Source of the DNA: Hydrolagus affinis
Lineage: Eukaryota
Direction: 5' to 3'
DNA length: 64,000 nt
Assembly (NCBI GenBank): GCA_012026655.1
Contig: JAAILG010000322.1
Location: 1 to 64,000 of the forward strand
The notes beneath the pieces were generated by a model. It was not told the DNA's origin. It did not search any database and worked only from the letters and a program-made list of their open reading frames with translations. Made by a program: the position numbers and the translations under genes. Within the stretch, counting starts at the first letter, position 1; each line of letters begins with the position of its first letter. Shown in pieces: positions 12,359 to 23,800 of this stretch.

Positions 12359-12710
12359 GGAGTCCTGTAGCTCAGTGGATAGCACACTCGCCTCGCAAGT
12401 GAGAGACCTGGGTTTGATTCCAGGCAGGGCAAAACGTTGCCTCCGTTTATCTAGCAGTATGTAGGAACCCGGATGTTAGTCGATTGGTGGATCATTTTTC
12501 TGAGGGTAATAATTCTTTCACAAAAAAAATTGGTCACACAATCCTTGACTGTTTGTGGGACACTGCAATGTGCAATTGGCTGTTGTGTTTCGCACATAAA
12601 ATATACAGTCAATTTACTTTACAGTACATTTTGTGCAGTGCTTTGAGACATTTCGAAAACATGATATAAGCCATTGTATCAAATGTAAGGATTATTATTA
12701 TTATATTATC
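12359..12710 (+). mobile_element. SINE family A, variant with different internal segment
   Basis: Head GGAGTCCTGTAGCTCAGTGG..GGTTTGATTCCAGGCAGGGC, extra segment GCCTCCGTTTATCTAGCAGTATGTAGGAACCCGGATGTTAG, same 3' tail ending (ATT)n. Confidence 0.88.
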
Positions 12711-13034
12711 TTGTAATATTGGTTTTAAATCCATTATGCACTGGCATTTCTTTTGCAACATTCAGCAAGCAATGCAATTATTTATTCAATGTTCATGATG
12801 CGTGTATAGTGTTTAGAAATAGATATAACCCATCCACTGGTCCTTCATATCTTAAACAAACTCTTAATACAGTGACAGTTACCAGGGAGTGTGAAATTAG
12901 TTGGCAAGTTTTAGTCAAGAGACTAATATTTAACGTGGATCAGTTTGTTAAAGTTGGTATTCAGTACTGTCAGATTTATATGTGTTTTCTTTGCAAAATT
13001 ATGAAACTTTATGCATTAGAGAGTAGGACTACAA

Positions 13035-13243
13035 TCCCCTCCATTTCTCTGTCTCACTTTTCCCATCCATAAAGCCTTCCTTAAGATCTTTAACTATGAA
13101 TTTGGTCACCTTTCTCTCCATACCCCTCCTCCTCAGCACCATCCCCATCCCTCAGTTCCGGCTGCCAGCTAATTCTGTGGAGAGCTTTGAGACATTCTTC
13201 CAATGTGAAAGCTACTATATAAATGTAAAATTGCTGTTGTTGG
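13035..13243 (+). mobile_element. L2 LINE 3' end
   Basis: C-rich 3' UTR followed by GCTTTGAGACATTCTTCCAATGTGAAAGCTACTATATAAATGTAAAATTGCTGTTGTTG. Confidence 0.7.
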
Positions 13244-13284
13244 TATGTATAACTTAATACTTTCCTGAAAGCATTTCATATCAT

Positions 13285-13690
13285 AATCACCTATGATTAA
13301 AGAGGTAAATCAATGTTATTTTAATAACAGAGTGCTTTGTTTGTATGGAGAATAATGGATAATTTGAAGTGATTACAAGATGGTATTCTTATCGAGGCGG
13401 TTTAGATTATACCACAAACGGCCATCATCTGAACTCTGACAAGGAAATGCAGCCTTCAAATCACTTCAAATATGCACAGGGAAGATGACTAAAGTAGTTC
13501 TTTTCTATTTTAAGGGATTTTTTTTCCGCTCGTGTCATTGTGGATTGTATCATGGTAAACATGGACAGGAAGTGCACTGTGGGAATGATGCATGATGCTA
13601 TCCACATTGCAGGATTAATGGCTGTGATGTAATCACTGCAATTTTATTGAGTGATAATGCACAGTTGATTGCTGGAAAGGAACATAGTCA
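13285..13690. promoter_or_regulatory. Candidate conserved non-coding element
   Basis: Unique-looking block with retained CpGs and TGATTAA, TAAATCAA and GGATTAATGG motifs. Conservation not verified. Confidence 0.3.
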
Positions 13691-14839
13691 GTCTGTTTAT
13701 ATAGGATAATAGAAACTATTTTACAAGGCAGTAAGGGGTTCAGATGACATGAACCACAAATGTTCAGATTAAATGATTTATGAAGAGTGTGAACCCCATG
13801 ATAAGTTAATGCTTTAGGATCTGCCTTAGTTATTATTCAGTAGATTTGCTGGGTATTTCATATTTGACTATGCAATTAGCAAAATCAAAGATGAGTGGAT
13901 ATTTTGTACATGTGTTGTGCTATTCAATTTAAGGGGTGCGCCAACAAGGTACTCAGATTAAACTGATTTGACAGCACTTATGTCAAACTACAATTCTTGT
14001 TTTTCATTTCACAATGTGGAACTGAGGAACAGAATGCCATGTGTGTGTACAGTATTAAACATGCATATTTACTGATTTTTTCAAAATGAAAACAAAACTC
14101 TGACCATCTCAGGAGAAATAAAATCTGAAATATTTAACTAGTATGAAGTATTATTTCTGAACATAACAGCTACATTTTCTGTGAACATTGATTTAAATAG
14201 TGATCTACTGCAGTAAGTCTGAGGAGATAGGAAGACCAAATCAGGCTAGTGGTCTTTTTCTAAAAAAAAAGTAAATGCAAAAGATTAAAATCCTCTCGTG
14301 TTTCCCTGTCACACAGTTGCTGTAGATACTGCCGGGAAATGGTTAGTTTTAACTTGCCAGTAAGCTCCTACAATAATATTCATTTTTCATTGGTGTAAAG
14401 CTAGATTTTTTACCAAATCCTACTTAATGATCCAGAAAATGTTCATTTTGTCCCGTCAATGTGATATGATATGATGTAATTCACTAATAATGAATTATAA
14501 TCATTTCTTAATGCATATTTGAGCCCAGTATAACCATGTCAATTTGTTTGAAAAGATACCAGTGGTGAGGTTAAAAAGCTACAAAAAAAATGCTTTCTGA
14601 GATGTTAATTTGAGATAATTTTTGCTGGACAACTGGTTTTAAGCATATGGAGATGACAACCAAATATAGCACAGTCTGTCAGGATCCCATCTCTGTCAAC
14701 AGGAAATTCAAATTTTGATGATTGGCAGATGCATATTGTATAATTCCATGTGAGATTTCTCAGATAGTCAGAATTTCACTCTTTTGCAAACTGCACTTGA
14801 GGACTTGTTACAAGTCATGGCCCTTCTGTGATTTAGTAG

Positions 14840-15300
14840 GCTAGAGGTCGCAGACAAATAATTCCTCCTCTGCCTCAGCCGGCGGAATTTTTCCATTTCA
14901 TTTTGTAAATAACATAGTTTGCTGAATGTACAAATGGGCAACAGCGCAACCGAATAGTTTGTCATCAAGAAGAATAGCTGTAAGATCAATGCGTTTTTAT
15001 TATTATCATCTGAGTGGAATTACTCACCTGATTTGCATCCATCAAACTCCAGAAAAACTGATGCCGTTTGAAAGAAGAAGAGCGCAATGGTTTAAGCTAC
15101 TGATTGTGAATGCCAATTATATTTTAATATTCAACAGAGCATATTTTAGGAAGAAAAAGACAGCAACAACATATGCATAACTCATTGGCAGCATAGAGCA
15201 GCTGTGCTGCTCTACTCTTAGACTCACTTTGTGCATTTTAGCAGCATAGTAATTTAGTATAGAGCTACCTGAGTGATGGCATTTTCAATGAGCAGGTAAT
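14840..15300. promoter_or_regulatory. Candidate conserved non-coding element
   Basis: Octamer ATTTGCAT (15031-15038) overlapping ATCCATCA (Pbx-Hox TGATGGAT on minus strand, 15037-15044); TAAT cores; CpGs retained. Confidence 0.45.
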
Positions 15301-15363
15301 CTATAGAGAATTTTTATATGGTTATGAGTTCTATGCTTCAGCATAGCAACACAAAATACATCA

Positions 15364-15535
15364 NNNNNNNNNNNNNNNNNNNNNNNNNNNNNNNNNNNNN
15401 NNNNNNNNNNNNNNNNNNNNNNNNNNNNNNNNNNNNNNNNNNNNNNNNNNNNNNNNNNNNNNNNNNNNNNNNNNNNNNNNNNNNNNNNNNNNNNNNNNNN
15501 NNNNNNNNNNNNNNNNNNNNNNNNNNNNNNNNNNN
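15364..15535. other. Assembly gap (172 N)
   Basis: Run of N. Confidence 0.99.
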
Positions 15536-15639
15536 CTTCGGTCTCTTGTTAAAGTGGTGGGCTGTGGTAAATAGCAGTATGTTGGAAAAATAGTCTTCAG
15601 AGGCATGTGTACACAGGGAACAGATGTAGTAAAATGCAA

Positions 15640-16060
15640 AATAATATCAAAAAGATTATTAGTCCAATGAGGGGAACTTGATTTGTATTTTAATGGAATT
15701 TTACTTTTCTCTTAATGATTTGCAAATTGTTCTCTGATTATAAAATGGATTAGGCTTTCATTTTAATGTTGAAGCAGAGCCATTAGCTATCTTTTTTCGG
15801 TCTTCTTTATAGCTTGGTTCCCTGCAGCAGCAAAAATTGAAACCATTTAACCCCTTTGATGTCGTTTTTAGTGATGCAGTACAACACGGACTGCTACCTA
15901 ATTCAGCACGCTTTTATTTTTCAGCAGACTGCTGCAAGTTCCTTAATTGTCCATTAGGCACTGATCAACAAGGGGACAAAGTTAACAGCTTCCTTGTAAT
16001 TTCCTTTTGTTGATTTAACACAGCTTCACATCTTCTCAGGGTCATTTCATCTGTTGTGTA
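15640..16060. promoter_or_regulatory. Candidate conserved non-coding element
   Basis: Dense TAAT/ATTA, GGATTA (15747), TCF/LEF-type CCTTTGATG (15853), TAATTG (15944); no repeat signature. Confidence 0.4.
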
Positions 16061-18124
16061 ATTACAATGTCTTGCAATATCTTGGCTTAGACAATCCAGT
16101 AATTGTTCTGTTAAATGTAAGATGGGGCTAACAGTGTTCTGCCTTATACACATGATGGACTTGTAGGCATGTCTGTTAGTGTGCGTACCTGATGGGCCCA
16201 GCATACAAATCTTGTACATTTCATGGGAAACATAACAGGAGGTTACTTTCTTGAGTCTATCAATGCAGTGTCATTCTTTGAACATTGCATTTTCTCTAGA
16301 TAATAGGTATATGGAAATTGTGGCTAAAATCGTACTAGAATAAAACCTTATGCAAATTGAGTCTGGCTTTTAAGCAACAAAAAGGGACCTTGATAGATTT
16401 ATGAATCTAATTAAAAACTATAAAATTACAAAACTTAGAATTTCAACATCATTTTATTGTTTTGAATTTAACAGTGGTTAAAACACTCAATTCTTAATGT
16501 GTGAGTTTTTTTAAAAAAAGTGGCTGAACAAATAGCAAGAGGCAAACTCGTTATTTCTCCCTGTGGTTCTGAACATTAGCCCATTTACTAGTGTATTTTG
16601 GATTCATCAAAATTAGTTCAGTTCATATTAAGAAGTGTTTTGATTCTGGTTGATTATCTAACTGAATGATTTAAATGATTGCTTTGAATTCTTTATTGGG
16701 TAGGGTTGTCACATTTTTCGGGTGAGGGTTTGATGACGGTATGTCTGAGCAATCGTGAAGATCCGCGTTCACATCTGTTTAAGTGCTGGACATCACCACG
16801 AGTAAAAACTCATAACTGGAGAAGTGTGAAATATGTGCCTAAGTATTTTTCTCGGGTGTAAGGTTTCTTTTTATTGCTCTTCAGTTCAGCCAAAACTAAA
16901 TTCCCCACATTTATTTTTGGTTGTTCTTCCCTCCCATCTTTAAGCGTCTTGTGTGAACTCTTAGTTCTTAAACCAAGTGGATGAATTAAGCAAACCTCCT
17001 CACAGGCAACTATCTGCCAGGTGTCAGTTAATAACCACTGACTCGGAGGTGTGCTGTTTGAGTTCCCCTGTCTCCAGCATATGCTTTCTCTGACACACTA
17101 GCTTGGAAGCTCAGCATGTGGAAAACATTGTTGTGAATGCATATTCTCTCACTCCTTTCAGCTGAAAGGAATGCTTCAGGTTAAGGGCCTACAATGGTTC
17201 TTTTGATATTTATGGGGGTGAGGGGTGGGGGCATCACTTCCTGTGCATTAATTTAAAAGAAAATTCTTAGCAAGTAAGACGTCAAAGGAAAAAAAAATTA
17301 CCTTGTAGTTGCCGGCCTCCAACTTTGAAACATGGTCCTTTTTCTCGAGAATTATCACTGTAGAGTATTGCTTCATTCAACCTCGGCTCCCAGCAGCGCA
17401 CACTATGCATTGCTATTAGGCGTTAAGCAGTTATCTGAGAGATCATTAAAACAGCAGGGTGCATTGCTGCAGTTATTTAAGACATTGTTCAAATATTGTA
17501 CTTTTAGGTAAGAATTGAGGAATGGCCTTTATTGTCAATAAGCCAGACCTATTAGATGTTTTCCGAAGCAATGATTTAGCTACTTAAGTAAACACGTTTT
17601 GTGATTTTACAAAAAAAAATCCACTGTTCAGGTATCATGTTGTATTGTGAAAGTGAAAGTGGAGTAATCTACAGAATTAAGTCTCACAAGCATTGCAGAA
17701 TGTACATTGTACTCACAGAAGAGCAAAACAAAAATAAAATGTTTGCTGGTTTTCCTCAAGGCACGTAAAAAATTAATCTATTGGATTACTCTGGATCACT
17801 CTGGAATTAATTTAATATCTGTAATTTGCCACATTTTACTTCACCACAAAAATGCTACATTGATTTATTTTCTCTCTAATATTTTAACAACAGCAAGTTA
17901 CATTCATATTGCGCCTTTCTCACGGGCTAGCATAACGAAGAGCTTTAAGGAGGTGATGAGGTGCACACTGGAGATCCTTGCACACTGTTGGTGGTCAGTG
18001 AGTCAATGCCTAGAGGACATCAATTTTAAGAAACTCATTTAGGAAGCAGAGTAGATTAAGAAGAATTAGGAGCATCTGGAATGCTCTGCCAGTTGTTGTG
18101 GTTCAGGCAGAATTGGTACCATCT

Positions 18125-18252
18125 AAAAAAGAATCATTTGCAGGGATTTGGGGGAAAAGATAAGTAAATGGGACTAATTGACTTTTTAAAGAGCCAGCAC
18201 AAACACAATAAGTCAAATAGCTGTCTTTATACTTTAAATTATTATGGTTCTG
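18125..18252 (+). mobile_element. CR1-type 3' UTR/tail fragment
   Basis: GGGGGAAAAGA..GGGACTAATTG..AAAGAGCCAGCACAAACACAATAAGTCAAATAGC resembles the recalled chondrichthyan CR1 tail. Confidence 0.55.
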
Positions 18253-18639
18253 CAACATGTAAAAGCTACTCTAGCATGTAACAATACCAGAGAGGAATGT
18301 TGTTGATCATAGGTAAGTGAGAGTTGTTCAATTCTACTCTATGTTTCTGGGTGTTGTCATTATATCAGCGCATCTCGGATTCTGATTTATGAATCCGATA
18401 AAGTAACATGTTAATGACATGACTTTTCCTAGCTAATAGGATACTGTTGACCTTACAACAATGCATCTTTGACATCTTCAGCATGAAAAGTGCCACCTAA
18501 AACATTTTAAACCAAGTGTTGAGCTGATGTAAACTAATTGATGCAAAGTTTTAAAAGGGATTTTGTTCAACACAGGGTCCCCTTAACAAATAATCCCAAA
18601 TGTTGTTATCGGAGGGGACACCAGCCTTTTCAAAGGACA

Positions 18640-18960
18640 CATCATGGCCTGAGTGGCACTGTTCGTATTATTTGTAGACCCATAAATAGCCCAAAACATG
18701 GCTGAGAGAGGAAGAGTTTTTTCATGTTCGCTTCTTCATAACGTAGAACTGAGTACTAGAGAGATGAACCACCATCTTTGTTTTCATTCTAAATACCTTT
18801 CATCATTATGTGCCTTGGCAAGAACGTACCATAAAAAGCCTGGCAGGACTGCAAGACTCATTTAAAAGTCTGATACTAGGCGTTCAGCCAGGAAGACAAT
18901 AGTAATCTAGGTTTGAATTTGCTTTGGCTGATAAACTAGATGGAGCTACCATTAGGTTTC
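18640..18960 (-). mobile_element. Possible RTE-clade LINE fragment
   Basis: Minus strand reads across frameshifts MKTKMVV...VLSSTL*RSE, similar to RTE 'TKMVVYRAVVLSTLLYGSETW'. Confidence 0.35.
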
Positions 18961-19166
18961 TTTTTGAAAAGCTCTGCTGCTTGAACTTGCTACTAGGATA
19001 TTTCTGCCAAAGATGCTACACAGCCTAATAAGTGATATTAGCCAAACCTCCAACATGTTATCCAAATATTAAACTTTTATAACTCAAGCAAAAACTAGGA
19101 CAAACATTGGCTGTCCTTAATTCCAGTGCATGTTTTTATGGTTGCTCTATTTTCTTTTCCTATATA

Positions 19167-19537
19167 CAGTAAAAGCTTGGTTATCCAGCACCCAACCAAC
19201 CGGAACGCTCAGCCAACCGGTATCTCCCAATACAATTCACCATTTCAGCAACCGGATCTCATACCGGAGTCAACCGGCACATTCGTGGTATGCTCACTTT
19301 GCATGCGCACTTATTAAACTTACCGAACGCGATTTTACCGAGTGTGCTGAAATGCTTTATTGGTAAGTATCCATACAATATTCAGTTATTATTTAGTCTA
19401 TTATTAATATGGTATGTTTTAAAATAAGTTAACTTTTTGCATAGGATTTTCGGCAACTTGCCGCTCAAATATCCGGCATATTTGATTAACTGGCACCGGT
19501 CAGGTCCCGAGGGTGCCGGATAACAAAGCTTTTACTG
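19167..19537. mobile_element. Tc1/mariner (Tigger/pogo-like) MITE, 371 bp
   Basis: 26-bp TIRs CAGTAAAAGCTTGGTTATCCAGCACC / GGTGCCGGATAACAAAGCTTTTACTG (2 mismatches), TA on both sides (19165-66, 19538-39), internal ACCGG repeats, CpG-rich. Confidence 0.9.
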
Positions 19538-19699
19538 TAGTTAGTCATTACCCATTTCTTATGCTCCCACACCTACTGAATGAGGGGCGAGAAGAAGAAA
19601 ACAGATTTAATTGGCACTGATCAACCAACTAATCCACTTTCCACAACACTATCATGCAAAAATTACAACTTCAGATTCTAAAGAGGCTACACAATGTAA

Positions 19700-20025
19700 A
19701 TCATGACAGGCTGTTTCAACTAGCTCAGAATAATAAAAAACAAGGGGGCTCAGCCTGCGATTGAAGTGGGTGGAAATTCAGAACGAATCTACGGAAACAC
19801 TATTTCAGTGAGTGAATTGTAAACCTTCGGAAGAGGCTCCCTGGGGAAACTTTTGAAGCAGGAAGTGTTGATTTCTTTCAAACACAGATTAGATAGTTTT
19901 CTTTTAGGAAATAACATTATGGGATATAGTACATGGGTAGTTCGGAACATATGTGCATGCGACTGCCCAGAAAATGACTAAATGCATCTTGGTCATTTTT
20001 TCGTTAAGCATTTCTTATGTTCTCA
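19700..20025 (+). mobile_element. CR1 LINE 3' end
   Basis: Reads DRLFQLAQ..G.SLRL..KFRTNLRKHYFSE*IVNLRKRLP, the CR1 ORF2 C-terminus, followed by a tail ending TTCTTATGTTCT. Confidence 0.8.
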
Positions 20026-20764
20026 TAGAATATCAGAAAAGCCACAGCAATTGGATTAACCAGAGATCAGTGTGGGATGTAGAAACGATGATTTGTATAT
20101 TCAGCTACAAATCTAAATAATGGTATATAAATAAGTTCAATACCACTTTTAGATCTGGAATTGGGATTTGAATCTTATATTTTATCTCGAAATAACGAGA
20201 AATGGCTGTGTGCATCTAAGATGCGATGTTAAGCATGATTCCCTTTGCTCAGAAGGAGAGAAAATTGATTCCAGTTAAAAGCATTGTGCTTTACATCATG
20301 CCAATATCCACAAATTAAAGAGTTATTTAACTCATGAGAAAAATCTTATAAATCATTTGTGAAATAATCTTCTGTGGTATAGTTCATTGCTACAGTAAGG
20401 CATTCTTTATTATTTCACCAGTCATGCAATCCACTGTACATAGAAATCACTTTACCTTGGATGAAAACCAATTAAGAAGTACTTATTTTAGCACTGACAT
20501 GTCTGGAGATGTAAATTCCAAAAGTTTGACTATATATTTAAACAAGTACTTGCTTGTTTTCCAGAGGTTTTTTGGAACCATGGAACCAAAATAACCATAA
20601 TTTATTTTGCATTGGGTAAAAAAAATTAAGCTCCAGTGCTGTGAAAGACTGTGATCATAGAAAATGAGGCTTGCTGCTTATTTCATGAGGATATTAAATT
20701 GATCCTGAAGATTTTATGTCTGACATCACAAATTGTTTGTTTTGTGAATCAAACCTCAAGGAAA

Positions 20765-20806
20765 CATTATCAAACTTTGGGTGTGCATTATCAAACTTTG
20801 GGTGTG
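20765..20806. repeat. Perfect 21-bp tandem duplication
   Basis: CATTATCAAACTTTGGGTGTG x2. Confidence 0.95.
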
Positions 20807-21129
20807 GATGTACATGCGGTATAAAAATTATATTAATATTTATTGTTACTTTTTACACTGCAGTTTAAATCATTTTAGTAATTCTGTCAAATGTAATTTG
20901 CATTTGTTTAATATTTAGGTTTTAATAAAACATAATATTCCTTGCATATAGCATCTATAATATTGAAGCATCTTAAAGCTCTTTACAGAGTTCGACTGTG
21001 AAGCGTAGCGATTGTGCACACAATTTCCACACAGCAATGTCCCATAAAAAGTCATGAAGTGAATAATTATTTTTATCTGGCAGGGGATTGTTGACCAAGA
21101 CAGAGGGAGAAATTTGCTTTTTTTTTCAC

Positions 21130-21337
21130 ACAATGCCATGGATGTCCACCTGAAGAGCCGGAATGTCCTCAGTTTAGCATCTCATCCAAAGGACAAGAAA
21201 TCCACTTATACATTGCTCCCCCAGTAATGCATTGCAATGTTCAGGATAATATATGAATTCAAGGTCCCAACATGGGACTTGAACTCACAACCTTTTGACT
21301 CAGAGGCGAGATTGTGATCAACTGAGCCAAACTGACA
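21130..21337 (-). mobile_element. DeuSINE 5' half
   Basis: Minus strand GTCAGTTTGGCTCAGTTGATCACAATCTCGCCTCTGAGTCAAAAGGTTGTGAGTTCAAGTCCCA..TTTGGATGAGATGCTAAACTGAGG..CAGGTGGACATCCATGGCATT. Confidence 0.75.
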
Positions 21338-21487
21338 CTTTTTTTTTAAAGTGTGAACTTAAAAGCATCTCATCACAAATTCTGGGCCTGAATTAAGAAA
21401 TGATTGCTTTGCCCGGAAACGTTAGTTTGCAATATCTGGTACAGTAATGTACACAAAGAAAGTTCTGTGAATAGTTATGATCGCTCA

Positions 21488-21930
21488 CAGCCTGGCTCAA
21501 TGGAAGGATTCTCACCTCTGAGTCAGAAAGTGGTAGGATAAAGACCTACACCCCGACTTGGAATCACATAGTCTCAGATGAGACTCCAATACAGCGCTGG
21601 GGGTGTCCTGTGTTGTTGAAAATACTGTACTGGTCCTTTGGATGAGATGTTAAACTTAGATCCAGTCTGCCTGTTCAGGCAGATGTTAAAGGTCTCATGA
21701 ACACTATTTTAAAATACAAGAGAGTTTCTCCTGGTGTCCTGGCCAACAATCCCCAAAATAATATTGTTTTTTCATTTCATGGATGTTTGTAGGACATTGC
21801 TTTGCGCAAATTGACTGCCACATTCATCCAGAAATACACAGTCATTGCAATTCACAGTAAATCCTGCAAGCACTTTGGGATATCCTCCCAATGTGAAAGG
21901 CACTGTACCAAATGCAAATGCAAGGATTAT
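21488..21930 (+). mobile_element. DeuSINE, near full length
   Basis: Head CAGCCTGGCTCAATGG..CTCACCTCTGAGTCAGAAAG, Deu box TTTGGATGAGATGTTAAAC..GTCTGCCTGTTCAGG..CTCCTGGTGTCCTGGCCAACAATCCCC, tail AATGCAAGGATTAT. Confidence 0.8.
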
Positions 21931-22239
21931 AACCTCACTCCTTAATTATCCTTTACTAGCTGTCTTAATACTTTCTCCATTGTAAAACGGTATAACTATA
22001 AATTGGTTTAAGAGATTTTAAAGAGTTCTTTTTAACTAGACATTTAGTAGTGGCTTTTGCAGAATTTGTGAATTATATGAGCATCTAGTCACACGTAGTT
22101 CTAAGCAATGAAATATCACAGTTCGTACCATTTCTCATGTCAGAAGTATTTTATTGCATTTTGGACCAAGTCAGATTATCATATAAATCTTTGTGAAATT
22201 ATGGCCCTTTTAAAGTTCATGGTTTATGATAAGTTATTG

Positions 22240-22685
22240 AAACAATCAGTAATAAAGGTTTAATAGAACGTGTTTAGCAGAGCTGCAGACTCATTGTTCA
22301 CCTATAACCTGAAGGGTTAATCTTTACGTAAACATGGTGTTAAAATATAGTTCACATTCTTTAGATTAGAGCTGCAAATACTCCGCAAAGCTTTAAGTTG
22401 CCACAACTGACTTCTATAACATGATCTTTTCAAAGATATTTGAAACTGCGTTGTCCCGTAATCCTTCTGCAGAGCAAAGTGTGAAGAAATCTTTGCATTT
22501 TTCTAATTCTTGATCAAAACATTCAAAGGCAGTATAATGTTCATTATTTTTGTTAAGCAAATGAAATTTGCAATTGGCAATGCCCCACAAACAGGCCTGT
22601 TGTGACTTCCTGATTGCGTCTTGAGCATGGTTGCAAATTCCACAGAAAGCAACCACTTCTTGAATTGTGTCAGGGATCATTAATG
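22240..22685. promoter_or_regulatory. Candidate conserved non-coding element
   Basis: Unique block with CATTGTT, GGGTTAATC and CAATTGGCAATG motifs. Conservation not verified. Confidence 0.3.
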
Positions 22686-22689
22686 TCTT

Positions 22690-22850
22690 CCCTGCTCTTC
22701 ATCAGTTTAATGTCCCCTCTGAAGAATGGCACCTCCAATAATACAATGCTTCTCCAATTTTGCTCTGGGAAAGGCAGGTTTTGAGGCTTTGAGAAACAAC
22801 AACCTTCTAACCCAGAGATTAGAGCACTACCAATTGATCCAAGATGATAT
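22690..22850 (-). mobile_element. DeuSINE 5' fragment
   Basis: Minus strand TTGGATCAATTGGTAGTGCTCTAATCTCTGGGTTAGAAGGTTG..TTGGAGGTGCCATTCTTCAGAGGGGACATTAAACTGA. Confidence 0.6.
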
Positions 22851-23479
22851 CTGTGTGTCTTGTGTGCTCGGACCATGATCTCTCCGGCTTTCGTTCCTCA
22901 GGTACTAAATAAAAATCGCAGAATCCAAACCAAGGGAGATAGGGTGATCAGCAACTTGCTTACACATGCCAAAGCAAAGAATCATAGAGCAGTGAAGCTC
23001 TAATTTTTCTGTGTGCAGTTAATATCTCGCAGATGCGCGGTGCTTATATATTGTGCTGGCAGTAATGTGGTGACGCTGATTCCCGCTTCTTTGATTGATA
23101 AAAATCAGTATGCACTCTGAGCATGCAAGATCCTGCAGATCATTCACAGGAATAATGAAATATCTGATAAACAGATCGTATTGCAGGCATGGTGTTTGGA
23201 GATGGAACTGCTTAAATTCTTTTAAGACTGCAGGGGAATGAGTGCATGAGACATTTAAACAAGCATCTGGACTTTGTGACCTATTTCAGCTTCTATCCCA
23301 AGATTGACTTTGAACATAAATTCCTCTAAATGTGCACTCCCAACTTTTGTATTGTGCACATCAGCTTGTCTGTGGCTCCGACTTAAATCAGGTCACCTCC
23401 GCCTTTAATCCTGTTAGAACTCAAATGATTTATTTTCTCTTTAAAATACCATGTTGTATGGGAATCTGTTTACAGTAAG

Positions 23480-23800
23480 AAATGAATGTAAATCTCTGCA
23501 TCATCATCCGAACAATGCAGGAATCTGATTGTGTTTGGACCTGATGAAAAAAAGATGACTGTAGTTCTTAAGGGGTTAATAGCACTAAAGATTCATTCAG
23601 AATGAATTGTTAAGAATAGCGTAAAACAGAATAAATAGGAATGATTTCTTTTCTTTTTAGTGTTAGATAAGAGCAGCTATTAATTTTATCTGATTGCTAT
23701 AAATGCACCGGTGTGGAATCGTTTTAATAAGATTATTGTAATTAGTAGTTCATACAGGACACTTAATCAGATTTGGAAATTAGAGTACTAGTATAATCTT
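23480..23800. promoter_or_regulatory. Candidate conserved non-coding element
   Basis: Homeodomain-core-rich block (GGGGTTAATAG, CTATTAATTTTATCTGATTG, GTAATTAG, CTTAATCAG) without repeat signature. Confidence 0.35.

Noticed and set aside
15318-15639. ORFs spanning the N run
   Set aside because: Artefacts of the assembly gap.
19839-19848. Perfect EBF motif TCCCTGGGGA
   Set aside because: It lies within a CR1 coding remnant, so it is most likely incidental.
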